A stretch of 248,000 nt of DNA from Hyalangium minutum (GCF_000737315.1 NZ_JMCB01000008.1:20001-268000); one strand, 5' to 3'; positions 75,462-87,146 are shown, numbered from the stretch's first letter. Notes: generated by a model not told the origin, from the sequence alone. Program-made: numbers and translations.

Positions 75462-76742
75462 TTGCTGGTGCTGGCGAATGGAGTCTTCGCTGGCGCGGAG
75501 CTCGCGCTGCTCACGCTGCGCAAGACCCGTCTGCGCGAGCTTGTAGATGAAGGGAGCGGCGCGGCCCGGGCCATCACCGCCCTGAGAGACAACCCCGAGC
75601 GTCTGCTCGCCACGGTGCAGATCGGCATCACGGTCGTCGGCTCGACGGCCGCGGCCTTTGGCGGCGCTTCGCTGGCGCACCCGCTCGCGGGGTTATTGGT
75701 CCAGTTGGGGGTGGGCTCGCAGACAGCGGAGAGCCTGGCCTTTGCTGGGGTGGTTGGCTTCATCTCCTACCTGTCGCTGGTGCTGGGTGAGCTGGTTCCC
75801 AAGTCGCTCGCGCTGCGCTACTCCGAGCGGTACGCGCTGTTCATTGGCCGGCCGCTCCATGGGCTGGCGTGGCTGGTCCAGCCGCTGGTGTGGCTGCTGA
75901 CGGCCAGCTCCAACGTGCTGCTGCGCTTCTTCGGGGACAAGACGAACTTCGCCGAGGCGCGGCTGTCTCCCGAGGAGCTACAGCAGCTCGTGGAGGAGGC
76001 GGCGAAGATGGGCTCGCTGGATCCGCGGGCGGGGGAGATTGCCTCGCGGGCCTTTGATCTGACGGACCTGACGTTGTCGGCAGTGATGGTGCCTCGGCAC
76101 CGCATCGTGGCCCTGCGCCGGCACGCGAGCGCGGAGGAGATCCGGCAGGTGCTGCTGGAGCACGGGCACTCGCGGATGCCGGTCTACGAGGGGTCGCTGG
76201 ACAACGTCGTGGGCTACGTCATCGCGAAGGATCTGCTGGGGGTGGCGTGGGAGGGAACGCTCATTGTCCTGGAGGACGTGCTGCGCCCGGCCTACTTCGT
76301 CTTCGAGACGATGCGGGCGCTGGACGCGCTGAAGGAGCTGCAGAAGCGCCGCATGCAGCTGGCCATCGTGGTGGATGAGCGTGGTGGGGTGCAGGGTTTG
76401 GTGACGACGGAGGATCTGGTCGAGGAGCTGGTGGGGGACATCCTCAGCGAGACGGAGACGCCAGAGGAGCTGATCAAGCGCGAGAGCCCAACCACGGCGG
76501 TGGTGCAGGGCACGGCGAGCTTGAGGGAGATCAACCGGGAGCTGGGCCTCGAGTTGGAGGAGGGCCATGGGTACTCGACCATCGGAGGCCTGTGCTCCGC
76601 CAAGACAGGGGCCATCCCGGAGAGAGGGACGCGGCTGACGCTGGATGACGGCACGGTGCTCGAGGTGCTGGACGCCACGCCACGCCGGGTGCGCACGGTG
76701 CGCATCCACCTGCCGCCTCCGCCGTCCCCGACGGAGTCCTGA
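75462..76742 (+). CDS. Hemolysin/CNNM (CorC-like) protein
   Basis: GELVPK, CBS pair, DERGG. Confidence 0.88.
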   Translation: MLVLANGVFAGAELALLTLRKTRLRELVDEGSGAARAITALRDNPERLLATVQIGITVVGSTAAAFGGASLAHPLAGLLVQLGVGSQTAESLAFAGVVGFISYLSLVLGELVPKSLALRYSERYALFIGRPLHGLAWLVQPLVWLLTASSNVLLRFFGDKTNFAEARLSPEELQQLVEEAAKMGSLDPRAGEIASRAFDLTDLTLSAVMVPRHRIVALRRHASAEEIRQVLLEHGHSRMPVYEGSLDNVVGYVIAKDLLGVAWEGTLIVLEDVLRPAYFVFETMRALDALKELQKRRMQLAIVVDERGGVQGLVTTEDLVEELVGDILSETETPEELIKRESPTTAVVQGTASLREINRELGLELEEGHGYSTIGGLCSAKTGAIPERGTRLTLDDGTVLEVLDATPRRVRTVRIHLPPPPSPTES

Positions 76743-77004
76743 GCCAAGATGAATGAGGGGCAGCATTGAGTCCGAAACGCTGGAGAGTGTCTCCTGAGGT
76801 GGCTGGGGAGTTGGGCAAAAACACTCTCATGGATTCGTCGGTTCATCCGCCGCGTGTGTCACACCTTCACTGTCGCTTTGAGGGATGGCTCGGTGATGAT
76901 CTACTCCAAACGTTCCCGTGTTTTCTGGCCTCCGCCTTCCTTGCGGAGGAGCTAAAAAAACACGGGGCTTGTAGGGATTAAGGAGGCCCTCTTCAGGAAC
77001 GGAT

Positions 77005-77661
77005 GTGGCCATGAGTTCCCGCACTTGCAGCGTTCTGCTGCTACTGCTCTCCGCCTGCGCTACGACAGAGCCTCAGCAGCGCAAGCCGAAGCAGCACAGA
77101 CAGGTGGCCATTCCCTGGGCTCCCCTCGTCGCACCGAAGCCCGTTGCACCCGTTCTTCCGTCGCCCGGCTTGGCTCCGCCCATGACCGTCATGGTGGACC
77201 CTGGTGCACAGATGCAACAAGAACCGGATGCGAACCCGGCGCCGGAGAGGTCCAGATCGAACAGGGATCCGCCCGCCCCGGTGGCTCCGGAACCCCGTCC
77301 TGAGTGCATCCCCCACATCAAGCCGCACCTTGGCGGAGATCCCCTGCACAATCAGTGCGCCGACAACGTTCCGCAGAACGGTGTTCCCGGCTTTGATGCG
77401 CTCGTCAATGGTAAGCATTTCGACGCACTGCAAATCCGCGCGGGCGTTCTGTGGGAGGTCAAGACCGATAACTTCGACACGTACGCGGTCGCCCTTCAGG
77501 AGATTGTGATCGAGAAACAGGTGCTGGAATTGCAGCGCGAGCGCGATCTCGCACGCGCTTGTGGGTATGCCTTCGTAGTAGGCGTTCGTAGCGACGCGCA
77601 CCGGAAAGCTCTGCGCGACGCAGACCCCTCCCTCAACATCGTCGTCATGGACTGGTGCTGA
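77005..77661 (+). CDS. Lipoprotein toxin with restriction-endonuclease-like C-terminus (DUF6310-like)
   Basis: LSAC lipobox; FDAL...WEVKT PD-(D/E)xK-like motif. Confidence 0.7.
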   Translation: MAMSSRTCSVLLLLLSACATTEPQQRKPKQHRQVAIPWAPLVAPKPVAPVLPSPGLAPPMTVMVDPGAQMQQEPDANPAPERSRSNRDPPAPVAPEPRPECIPHIKPHLGGDPLHNQCADNVPQNGVPGFDALVNGKHFDALQIRAGVLWEVKTDNFDTYAVALQEIVIEKQVLELQRERDLARACGYAFVVGVRSDAHRKALRDADPSLNIVVMDWC

Positions 77662-77662
77662 A

Positions 77663-78421
77663 ATGGCCGCCTCGCCAGACTCCTTCCTTCTTGTCGTCTA
77701 TGCGCCTGCGCTCAGCAGCGATGGCAGCCGCACCTTGGCCGTTATTCGTGGAATGGAACGCGCGCTTCCCGGCTTGCACCTGTCGTGGACGATTTCTGAC
77801 GAGGGTCGGTTCATCCCAGCACCGCAGCGCGATGCGTGGGGCACGGCCAAGACGACCGATGGAAGATTTCCGCTGCTCTGCAATGGCGATGAGGGTCACT
77901 TCGTGACGATCTCTCGCAGGGAAACACCGGCGAGCCAGAATCCTGGTGGGCAGCCACAGTTTGAAGTTCATGCGAAGTGGCCCCTGGACGCTGCGGGTAT
78001 CGCGGCAGCGGGGAAGGTGCTCGAAGAGGTAGCGGAGGGTGCACGCGCGCTGTGGGGGCATGCCACGCCGAAGCGCGCGGCGGGGGACATCGCGGAGCAG
78101 ACGAGCCCCACGCTGGCGGGCTCGCCAAGGCCACCCCGGGGCCTGCCAGCGCTCAAGCTCCCAGAGAAAATCCGCTCGCCTGAGATTCCGCATCGCCTCG
78201 GGTGGCTCAACTACTGGTCAGCCGCCACTGCACAAGCCATCGCGTTCCCGGACCCTGCTCGCGACGCCGAGTTGCTCTCTAGGGCGCAGAGCACGGCGAC
78301 AGGCGGGTGGGTTGTGAAGCTCACGGATGCGCCGCTCGATCTCGATAACCCCGCCCATCTGGACGCGCTGAAGCGGGCCTACGAGCGCTTCCCGGAGATC
78401 GGTGGACGTTCAACGCCCTGA
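77663..78421 (+). CDS. Cognate immunity protein (DUF5953-like)
   Basis: Follows the toxin; RLGWLNYWS, LDLDNPAH. Confidence 0.7.
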   Translation: MAASPDSFLLVVYAPALSSDGSRTLAVIRGMERALPGLHLSWTISDEGRFIPAPQRDAWGTAKTTDGRFPLLCNGDEGHFVTISRRETPASQNPGGQPQFEVHAKWPLDAAGIAAAGKVLEEVAEGARALWGHATPKRAAGDIAEQTSPTLAGSPRPPRGLPALKLPEKIRSPEIPHRLGWLNYWSAATAQAIAFPDPARDAELLSRAQSTATGGWVVKLTDAPLDLDNPAHLDALKRAYERFPEIGGRSTP

Positions 78422-78535
78422 ACTGGACCGGGGCTTTTCGACGGGGGCCGCGAGCTACTCATCTGCGGCCCCGGAAAAGCGAAGGGGCTGGAACCTCCGA
78501 GGGATTTCCTCAGGGATTCCAGCCCCTTCCACCAG

Positions 78536-78609
<74 letters not shown>

Positions 78610-78874
78610 AGGAGGCCTGCAACCGAGGGGACAACTAGCCGACTTCCCCCGCTGACGCAAGCACGCAATCCCACAACCCACGACCCGGAAACGCCCTTTC
78701 CACTTTCCAGCACTCGGCGCCCCCTCCAGTCCCCAGGGCCCTGTCCGCCATAGGGCCGGGCTGCCGGCCGAGGGCCTCGGGGAGCGGCCAAGTCATGCTC
78801 CCTCAGGAAGGCACACCGCTGGCGACGTCACCCTCCTGACGGCGCTGGGCTTCCCGGCCCTTCATCCCTTGCCA

Positions 78875-79231
78875 TTAGGGCGAGGGATGAGTCTCCGCCG
78901 GCGGGCTCGAGGGAGCGAACCTCGGCTCCGGCGCCTGCGGAGCGCGCCCTCCCCCGCCGCCCGAGGGAAGCTGGGGCAACGGCCACCCCTCGAAGAGAGG
79001 CCAGCCTCGGTAGTAATCCGCTGCACCGGACGAGGCCTCACCTGGAGCCTGTGGAGCGGGCTGTACCTCTGCCCCTGGGACGCTCTGCCGGGGGGCCTCT
79101 CGAGTCCCCTGCGCCCCCGGTGGCCGCGTCCTGAGCAGCACCACGACCAAGACCGCGCTCAAGAGGAACATGAGCACGATGCCCGCCACGCGGGCACGGT
79201 CCTCCTCCATCCCTGTGTCCACAGTGTCCAT
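78875..79231 (-). CDS. Hypothetical membrane protein
   Basis: One TM, Pro-rich tail. Confidence 0.35.
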   Translation of the reverse strand: MDTVDTGMEEDRARVAGIVLMFLLSAVLVVVLLRTRPPGAQGTREAPRQSVPGAEVQPAPQAPGEASSGAADYYRGWPLFEGWPLPQLPSGGGGGRAPQAPEPRFAPSSPPAETHPSP

Positions 79232-79232
79232 G

Positions 79233-80999
79233 TCAGAAGCGCCCTTGCTTCAACACATCGCTCTTGGAAATCGTGCCGAGCAACCTCCGCTCGGTGTCGA
79301 CGACAGGCAGGCGCTCGAGCGGTGTCGTGGCAAAGCGCGCCGCCACCTCGGACAGGGAGAGGTCCGGCGTCACGGGCCGGAGGTGCCGATCCATCACGTC
79401 CGCCGCGATGGTCGCTCCCAACAGCGAGTAGTCCGGCAGGTGGCCCTTGAGCTCGTCCAGCGTGATTGTCCCCAGGTACCGGCCCTCCTCGTCCGTGACG
79501 TAGAGGTCCGCCCCCGAGGGTTGCTCCAGCAGCAACACGACGATCTCCTGGAACGAAGCCGACGGCGGGACGCGGTCCCGCACCGGCATCAACATGGCCC
79601 GGGTCCCCTCCTCGCGCAGCCAGTGTGGAACGCTCTCGGGGATGCGCACGTTGCGGCGGCTGAGCACGGACGTATAGAGCGACTCGGGCTCCAGCCGTCG
79701 GCTGATCATCGTCGCCAGGAAGGCCCCCAGCATCAGCGGAAGGATGAGCCCGTAGTCCCCCGTCAGCTCGAAGATGATGAGGACCGCCGACACGGGCGCA
79801 TGCGTGGTCCCCGCGAGCACCGCCCCCATCCCAAGCAAGGCATAGGCCCCACTCGGGGCTCCTCCGGGCCACACGTACTGCATGACCTGGCCAAAGGCGC
79901 CGCCCAGCAGTGCTCCATAGAAGAGCGAGGGTGTGAAGAGCCCGCCCGGAACCCCCGCCCCCGCGCAGAGCGACGTCGCCAGCAGCTTCGCCAGGGGCAG
80001 CACCACCAGCAGCACCAGCGACAGCTTCCCCAGCAGTGCCGCGTTCACCGCGTCATAGCCATTTCCCAGCAGGTGCGGCAGCCACACGGCCGCCAGCCCC
80101 ACCAGTGTCATCGCTCCCAGTGGCAGGAAGGGTGTGAGCTTCCGAGGGACCCGATCGAGCAGGTCCGACAGCACGTTGATGCCGCGCACATAAAGCGCGG
80201 AGGCGCCCCCCAGGAGCACGCCCAGGAGCACGGCCAGCAGCAGCTCGCGCGGGTGCATCACATAGTGAGGGATGACGTAGCTGGGGTGATCCGCGATGAG
80301 GATCCGCGACACGAGGGTGGCCACCACGCACGCCAGGACGATGGGACCGAACAGCTCCAGCGCGAACGAGCCCAGCAGCACCTCCAGGCCAAAGAGGGCC
80401 GCGCCGATGGGCACGTTGTAGGCCGAGGCCACCCCCGCCGCCGCGCCACACGCCACCAGCAACCGGGCCTGCCCCGGCCCCAGCCTCAGCCAGTGCCCCA
80501 GGAAGGAGCCACTCGCCGCACCCGTCTGCAGCAGCGCGCCCTCGCGGCCCAGAGGCGCCCCGAGCGCTACCGCGACGATAGAGACCAGGCCCCTCAGCAG
80601 CGCCCGAGGCAGGGACAGCCGGCCCGACTTGACCCAGATGGACTCGATGATGCCGGCGGTTCCGTGCCCTCGCAGCGGCTGGCCGATGAGGAGCGTCACC
80701 AGCGAGACCAGGGCGCCGCCCAGCACCGGGACGAGGAAGCGCCTCCAGGACGGCGAGGCGATGACGCCCGAGAGGAACCCCTCCGCCTCGCTCCCCCAGA
80801 AGAGGTGCTGGGTGAAGCGCAGCACCTTGAGCAGCACCACTGCCCCCATCCCCGAGATGAGCCCCACGAGGGCGACGAGCAGCCAGAACCGGCGCTCGGC
80901 CCGGACCAGGCCACGCAAGGTGTTACGGAGTCGTGAGCGGAAGCCGCGGAACGGTTCCAGCCTGGGAGTGGGCATCGAGAGTGTCGCCACGTCCCTCAA
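79233..80999 (-). CDS. ClC chloride channel/antiporter with CBS pair
   Basis: GREG, GGLFTPS, Y; CBS domains. Confidence 0.92.
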   Translation of the reverse strand: MRDVATLSMPTPRLEPFRGFRSRLRNTLRGLVRAERRFWLLVALVGLISGMGAVVLLKVLRFTQHLFWGSEAEGFLSGVIASPSWRRFLVPVLGGALVSLVTLLIGQPLRGHGTAGIIESIWVKSGRLSLPRALLRGLVSIVAVALGAPLGREGALLQTGAASGSFLGHWLRLGPGQARLLVACGAAAGVASAYNVPIGAALFGLEVLLGSFALELFGPIVLACVVATLVSRILIADHPSYVIPHYVMHPRELLLAVLLGVLLGGASALYVRGINVLSDLLDRVPRKLTPFLPLGAMTLVGLAAVWLPHLLGNGYDAVNAALLGKLSLVLLVVLPLAKLLATSLCAGAGVPGGLFTPSLFYGALLGGAFGQVMQYVWPGGAPSGAYALLGMGAVLAGTTHAPVSAVLIIFELTGDYGLILPLMLGAFLATMISRRLEPESLYTSVLSRRNVRIPESVPHWLREEGTRAMLMPVRDRVPPSASFQEIVVLLLEQPSGADLYVTDEEGRYLGTITLDELKGHLPDYSLLGATIAADVMDRHLRPVTPDLSLSEVAARFATTPLERLPVVDTERRLLGTISKSDVLKQGRF

Positions 81000-81077
81000 T
81001 CTAGGGAGGGCCGACAGCCCATGCGGGACGGCCGCCCGTCTGCTTACAGTGTCACCCGGCGAGACGCCGAGCCCCCC

Positions 81078-81902
81078 TCACTCCGCTCGGCCGAGCAGGA
81101 AGGACAGCGCCAGCAACGTGAGCACCACCGACGTCACCCAGACAAACGCGCGGTCCCGCTGCTGCCGGAAGATGAGGAGCGACAGCGCCACCCGCGCCAC
81201 GGGGATCGCCATCATCACGAGCAAGATGTCCCCTCTCGCGAAGTAGACGCCTGCGCTGGCCGCCGCCGTTACCCCGATCATGAAGTTGCTGGTGGCCGTG
81301 GACACCTTCAGGGGCAGCCGCATGGCCAGGTCCATGGCTGGCACCTTCAGCGCGCCCGAGCCGATGCCCAGCAGCCCACTCACCGTCCCCGCCGCGTACA
81401 TGAGCGCCAGCCCGGTGAGCGGCCGGGTGACGCGGTTGTCCACCTCGCGGCCGGTGGCCTCGTCGAAGTAGCTGCTGTGCAGCGCCAGCCGGTCCGCCAG
81501 CGCATCCGGTGGCACCGGAGCATCCGCTCGCGCCCCCAGCTTGCGCAGCATCGCCAAGGCCGAGTACCCCATCACCAAGCCGAAGACGAGGTACAGCCCA
81601 CGCCCACCCACCACGCCCGCGAGGAAGGCTCCCGTGAGCGCCCCCGCTGTGGTCGCCATCTCCAGGAACATGGCCACGCGCAGGTTCGCCAGCCGGTCCC
81701 TCACATAAGCCGCGGCGGCCCCACTGGAGGTGGCGATGACGGACACGATGGAGGCCCCCACCGCATAGCGGATGTCCACCTTGAGCAGCAGCGTGAGGAC
81801 GGGAACCAGGATGAGCCCACCCCCCAGCCCCAGCAGCGAGCCCAGCAGCCCCGCGGTGACGGAGATGGCGAACACCACGGTGACGAAGAGAAAGGGAGTC
81901 AT
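81078..81902 (-). pseudogene. TSUP (TauE/SafE) exporter fused by deletion to a DUF1634 tail
   Basis: TSUP ends at GVYFARGDI and joins LLVMMAIPVARV of DUF1634. Confidence 0.6.
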
Positions 81903-82104
81903 CGCGCCAGGAGAAGGCGCCCTCACCTTCCCTCTTCCGCTCCCCGTCGACAACCCGCGGCGCGAGTCTGAGTCATGGAAGGTATGTGCCCGCCTGCTCG
82001 GAAACGGGGGTGGAGCCACTGTGGGGCAAGAATGCGTCCGGTGGTCATCAGGGCAGAGCGGACGATGCCCGCCTCCCTCGGGGTGCCCAGGTTGTGGCTG
82101 GACC

Positions 82105-84669
82105 ATGCGCCTTCCCCTCCCTCGCTCCCGTCTCCCAGAGCCTCTGGACAGCACTCGCGGTCTGAGCGAGGCCGAAGTGGCCGCGCGCCGACAGCGCTAT
82201 GGGCGCAACAACATCCTCGAGGCGCCTTCCTACACCTGGGCCGAGCTGTGCCGGAACACCGTGAGCGATCCCATGCTCTGGTTCCTGGTGTGCACCAGCG
82301 TGCTCTACCTCGTCCTGGGACAGCCAGTGGAGGGCTGGACGCTGCTGGCCGCGATCGTGCCGCTGGCGGGGATGGACGCCTGGCTCCACCACCGGACGCG
82401 CGCCTCGATGGAGGGCTTGAGCCACCAGTTGGCCGAACACGCCGTCGTCCTGCGAGAAGGCACGCTGCAGCGGGTGGAGGCCACGGATGTGGTGGTGGGG
82501 GATCTGGTGGAGGTGGCCGCGGGAGAGCCCTTCCCCGCCGACGGACTGGTGGTGGCGGGCGAGGGCCTCCAGACGGAGGAGTCGTCGCTGACGGGCGAGT
82601 CTCAGCCCGTGCGCAAGCGGCCCCTCCGCGGCGAGCTCCCACCGGGTAACGATCCCCTGGTGGAGTGGACGCACTGGGGACTGGCGGGGACACGGCTGCT
82701 CACCGGACGCGCGGTTCTCCGGGCCGTCTTCACGGGCGAGGAGACGCTCTATGGGCGGATCACCCGGACGGCCACGCGCCACCAGCGGGCCCGAACGCCC
82801 CTGCAGGCCGCCGTTCAGGGGTTGGTGGCCATCCTCCTGGCCGCCGCGGCGTCCTTCTGCGGTGTCCTCGCCTTCGTGCGCTGGCGCCAGGGCTACGGCT
82901 GGCTGGATGCGATGGTGAGCGCGGCCACGTTGGCGGTGGCGGCACTCCCGGAGGAGTTCCCCGTGGCCCTCACCTTCTTCCTGGGCTCGGGGGTGTACCG
83001 GCTCGCACGCCGCCGAGCCCTCGTGAAGCGGGCCGTGTCGGTGGAGAACATCGGCCGCGTCACCTGCATCTGCATGGACAAGACGGGCACCCTCACCGAG
83101 GGACAGCTCCGCGTCGCCAGCTGCCTGCCCATGGCTCAGGTGTCTCCCGCCCGGCTGCTGCATGCCGCGTCCCGGGCTTCGCGTCCGGAGAACGGCGATC
83201 CGCTGGATGGGGCGATCGCCGCCGCCGCCAGCGCCCAAGGGCCCACGGCGCCTCCCTCCGAGGTGCTGGCCCTCTTCCCCTTCACCGAGGAGCGGCGCCG
83301 GGAGACCGCCGTGGTGCGCGAGGACGATGGCCTCTGGGCCTTCACCAAGGGCTCGCCCGAGGTAGTGCTGGCGGCGTGTACGCTCTCGCCCGAGGAGCGC
83401 GCGGAGTGGAGGCACGAGGTGGAGGCGCAGGCGGCGCAGGGGCGGAAGGTGATCGCGTGCGCGGAGCAGCGGCTCGACGCCCACGGCTGGCTCGGCGGAG
83501 AGCCCTTGCGTGGCCTGCGCTTCCTGGGTCTGGTGGTCTGCGCGGATCCCGTCCGCCCAGGCGTGGCCGAGTCCATCGCCGCCTGCCACCGCGCGGGGAT
83601 TCACCTGGTGATGGTGACGGGAGATCACCCGGAGACGGCCCGCGCGGTGGCACGGGAGATCGGCCTGGGAGGTGAAGCTCCCAGCCTCCTGCTCGGAGAG
83701 GAGCTGGAGGCCCGGCTGAGCCAGACGGGCGGCGTTCTCCCTCGAAACCTGGACATCATCGCGAGGACGCTTCCTGCGCAGAAGCTGGAGCTGGTGCGTG
83801 CGCTGCAGGCCTCCGGAGAGGTGGTGGCGGTCACGGGCGATGGGGTGAACGATGTGCCCGCGCTCCAGGCCGCGGACGTGGGCATCGCGATGGGCGAGCG
83901 TGGCACGCGCAGCGCTCGCGAGGTGGCCTCCATCGTCCTGCTGGACGACAACCTCCACAGCATCGTTGGAGCCATTGCTGAAGGCCGGCAGCTCTTCCAC
84001 AACTTGCGCACGAGCTTCCAGTACCTGCTGCTCATCCACATCCCCCTGGTGGTGACGGCGGCCTTGATTCCGCTGGCGGGCTACCCGCTGCTGTACATGC
84101 CCATCCACGTCATCTGGCTCGAGCTCATCATCCACCCCACGGCCCTGCTGGCGTTCCAGGACGCGGCGAGTCCCGAGGCGCTGCGGCCCTCCGAGCGTCC
84201 TGTCCAGGTGCGCTTCTTCTCGCGCGGCGACTGGGCCGCCGTCTGCGTGTCCAGTGTCGTGCTGGTGGGCGTGATGGTGCTGGGCTACGAGTGGAGCTTG
84301 GGCGGCCATCGCAACGTGGAGCACGCCCGGGCCATGGCGATGGTGGCGCTCACCGTGGCGAGCGCTGGCTTCTGTGCGCTCCTCAGCGGCCTGCGGACCC
84401 GTCTGGCCAAGCTCATCTGCGCGGCCACGCTGGCCAGCGCCCTGGTGCTCGTCCAGGTGCCTGCCCTGGCGCGTCTGCTGCACCTCTCACCCCTGCACGT
84501 TATGGATTGGGGGTGGGCCATCGCGGGAGGAGCCATGGCGTGCCTACCGCTCCTGCCTCGACTCTTCCTCCCGTGGCAGCGCCCGAGGCCCACCCCTCAA
84601 GTGCCGCCAGGCACGCCCAGGCCCAGTCGCCGGTCAGGTTTCAAATGGCCGAGGCAAACGCACGGATGA
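82105..84669 (+). CDS. Cation-transporting P-type ATPase
   Basis: LTGES, PEEF, DKTGT, GDGVND. Confidence 0.92.
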   Translation: MRLPLPRSRLPEPLDSTRGLSEAEVAARRQRYGRNNILEAPSYTWAELCRNTVSDPMLWFLVCTSVLYLVLGQPVEGWTLLAAIVPLAGMDAWLHHRTRASMEGLSHQLAEHAVVLREGTLQRVEATDVVVGDLVEVAAGEPFPADGLVVAGEGLQTEESSLTGESQPVRKRPLRGELPPGNDPLVEWTHWGLAGTRLLTGRAVLRAVFTGEETLYGRITRTATRHQRARTPLQAAVQGLVAILLAAAASFCGVLAFVRWRQGYGWLDAMVSAATLAVAALPEEFPVALTFFLGSGVYRLARRRALVKRAVSVENIGRVTCICMDKTGTLTEGQLRVASCLPMAQVSPARLLHAASRASRPENGDPLDGAIAAAASAQGPTAPPSEVLALFPFTEERRRETAVVREDDGLWAFTKGSPEVVLAACTLSPEERAEWRHEVEAQAAQGRKVIACAEQRLDAHGWLGGEPLRGLRFLGLVVCADPVRPGVAESIAACHRAGIHLVMVTGDHPETARAVAREIGLGGEAPSLLLGEELEARLSQTGGVLPRNLDIIARTLPAQKLELVRALQASGEVVAVTGDGVNDVPALQAADVGIAMGERGTRSAREVASIVLLDDNLHSIVGAIAEGRQLFHNLRTSFQYLLLIHIPLVVTAALIPLAGYPLLYMPIHVIWLELIIHPTALLAFQDAASPEALRPSERPVQVRFFSRGDWAAVCVSSVVLVGVMVLGYEWSLGGHRNVEHARAMAMVALTVASAGFCALLSGLRTRLAKLICAATLASALVLVQVPALARLLHLSPLHVMDWGWAIAGGAMACLPLLPRLFLPWQRPRPTPQVPPGTPRPSRRSGFKWPRQTHG

Positions 84670-84829
84670 ACTGCTCCTCGCGCTCGCGAGGCATCCGGGG
84701 GGCCGCAGGGAGGGCGGCCTTGCCCCGTCCACCCCCTGTAGCCTTCAGCCCCAACACCGGAGCACTCGGGCGGCAGGACACTTGGTCCACCCACTCTCCC
84801 CTGGGCTCCCGAAGGCCCTACTCTTCTGT

Positions 84830-85107
84830 ATGTCACTCGAACGCTTTTGTCGGAAGCAGGTGGCCACCGCCCTGGCAACCGAGACGGTCCAGGCGGCAGC
84901 CGAGCGAATGACCCAGCAGCACGTCGGTGCCCTCGTCGTCGTGGAGGACTCGGGACAGCCGGTCGGCATCCTGACAGACCGCGACATCGTCTGCCGCGTC
85001 CTGAACGAGCGGCGAGATCCAGGCACCACCTCCATCCGCGAGGTGATGAGCGCCAACCCCGTGGTGGCCCGTGACACCGAACGGATCGACGAGGTGGTCT
85101 TCACCAC
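84830..85107 (+). pseudogene. Truncated CBS-domain protein
   Basis: [10 protein letters not shown]; second CBS cut at a junction. Confidence 0.65.
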
Positions 85108-85395
85108 CTTCGCGAACATCTCCGCCATGATGGCCCGGGCGGGCACTCCGCGCGCCAGGGCGTGCCCGTGCTCGCGGTAGTGCGAGACGATGGCGTCCTC
85201 CGGCTGGAGCGCGCGCAAGGCGCCCACCGCGCAGGCCTCCTCACCGATATAGAGGTGAAGAAAGCCGCGAATCTTCCCCGCGCTGTAGGCCTGGGCGCTC
85301 GCCTCCTCGAAGCGGCGGATGAGCTGCATCTGCCGCAGCCAGCCGAGCGCCTCGTCCCGGGTGGGTGCCAGCGTGGGAGGGGGCTTCTCGCTCAT
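85105..85395 (-). pseudogene. pdhA: Truncated pyruvate dehydrogenase E1 alpha (97-aa N-terminus)
   Basis: [18 protein letters not shown]; ends before the TPP motif. Confidence 0.8.
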
Positions 85396-87146
85396 GGCGA
85401 GGCCTCCAGGGTGGAGGTATCCCCCTCGGGCAGACCCTGCTCGCGGGCCTTGAGCAGCCGGCGCATGATCTTCCCCGAGCGCGTGCGCGGCAGTGTGGGC
85501 AGGAACTCCAGCTCTTTGGGGGCGACCACCGCGCCCAGCCGCGTGCGCGCGTGGGCAAGCAGCTCCCGGCGCAGCGCCTCCCCGGGGGTGAAGCCCTCCT
85601 TGAGGGAGACGAAGGCCTTCACCACCTCGCCGATGGTGGGCTCGGGCCGGCCGATGACACCCGCCTCGGCCACGGCGGGGTGCTCGAGCAGCGCGCTCTC
85701 CACCTCGAACGGACCAATGAGGTGGCCCATCGACTTGATCACATCGTCGGCACGCCCCACGAACCAGAAGTAGCCGTCCGCGTCCTTCCGGGCGAGATCG
85801 CCGCTGAGGTACCAGCCGCTGGCGAAGCACTTGCGGTAGCGCTCCTCCTCGTGAAGGTAGCCGCGGAACATGGAGGGCCAGCCCGGACGCAGCGCGAGCT
85901 CCCCCTCGGTGTTGGGCGTGTCCACGGGCTCCACGCTCCCGTCGGGCCCACGCCGGACGATAGCGGCCTCCACCCCTGGCAGCGGCCGGCCCATGGAGCC
86001 CGGCTTGATGTTCATGGAGGCGTAGTTGGCCACCATGATTCCGCCCGTCTCCGTCTGCCACCAGTTGTCGTGGATGGGCAGCCCGAGCGCCTGCTGTCCC
86101 CAGAGGACTGCCTCCGGATTGAGGGGCTCTCCGACGCTGGCGATGAAGCGCAGGGTGCCGAGGTTGAAGCGGCGGGGCAGCGCCTCACCGGCCTTCATCA
86201 ACATCCGCACCGCTGTGGGCGCCGTGTACCAGACCGTGACGCGCTCGTCCTGGAGGATGCGGTACCAGCGCTCGGCGTCGAAGTCCGCCTCGTCCACCAC
86301 GCAGGTGAGGCCGTGCGTCAGCGGAGAGATGATGCCGTACGAGGTACCCGTCACCCAGCCAGGATCGGCGGTACACCAGAAGATGTCGTCCGGGTGGAAG
86401 TCCAGGACGAGCGTCCCAGTGACGTGGTGGGCGAGCACCGCGCGGTGGACATGAATGGCGCCCTTGGGAGTGCCGGTGGTGCCGCTGGTGAAGTGCAGCA
86501 GGGCCATGTCCTCGGGAGCAGTGGGGCCAATCGTGTAGGAGTCACGGGCACGCTCCAGGAGCGCCAGGAGCGCCTGGGTGCCCTCCCCCGCCTCTCCGTC
86601 CACGAGGAGCACGTGCCTCAGCTCCGGGAGCGAGCCGCGCAGCGGCGCCACCTTCTTGCGGTAGAGGGCCTCCGTCGTCACCAGCACGCGGGCGCCGCCG
86701 AGTTGGAGGCGGGCGCGGATGGGCTCGGGGCCAAAGGCAGAGAACAAGGGGCAGAAGACGGCCCGGTGCTTCAGTGTGCCGAGCGCGGTGATGTAGAGCT
86801 CGGGGATGCGCCCCAGCAGCGAGAAGACGCGCTCGCCGGGTGAGAGGCCCAAGCCCGCGAGCACGTGGGCGAAGCGGCTCGTCCAGGCCGAGAGCTCTGC
86901 ATAGGTGAGGAGCCTGCGCTCGCCATGGCGGCCCAGCCAGCGAAGCGCCTGCCGCCCTCCCCGTCCCTCCAGGATGTGCCGGTCCACAGCCTCGTGGGCG
87001 ATGTTGAGACCTCGTCCATCGGGGAGCCCGGCCAGCTCGCGCTCCGCGGCCTCCCAGGAAAAGGACGCACGCGCCGCCTCGTAGCTGGGCATGTTGGGTG
87101 CGCCGCGCCAGTCTGGGTGCAGCTTGCGGATCATCCGCTCGTCCAT
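85392..87146 (-). CDS. acsA: Acetate--CoA ligase
   Basis: [26 protein letters not shown]. Confidence 0.9.
   Translation of the reverse strand: MDERMIRKLHPDWRGAPNMPSYEAARASFSWEAAERELAGLPDGRGLNIAHEAVDRHILEGRGGRQALRWLGRHGERRLLTYAELSAWTSRFAHVLAGLGLSPGERVFSLLGRIPELYITALGTLKHRAVFCPLFSAFGPEPIRARLQLGGARVLVTTEALYRKKVAPLRGSLPELRHVLLVDGEAGEGTQALLALLERARDSYTIGPTAPEDMALLHFTSGTTGTPKGAIHVHRAVLAHHVTGTLVLDFHPDDIFWCTADPGWVTGTSYGIISPLTHGLTCVVDEADFDAERWYRILQDERVTVWYTAPTAVRMLMKAGEALPRRFNLGTLRFIASVGEPLNPEAVLWGQQALGLPIHDNWWQTETGGIMVANYASMNIKPGSMGRPLPGVEAAIVRRGPDGSVEPVDTPNTEGELALRPGWPSMFRGYLHEEERYRKCFASGWYLSGDLARKDADGYFWFVGRADDVIKSMGHLIGPFEVESALLEHPAVAEAGVIGRPEPTIGEVVKAFVSLKEGFTPGEALRRELLAHARTRLGAVVAPKELEFLPTLPRTRSGKIMRRLLKAREQGLPEGDTSTLEASP

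Noticed and set aside
78420-78530. Structured ncRNA downstream of tRNA-Arg
   Set aside because: The hairpins are adequately explained as terminators between convergent transcripts
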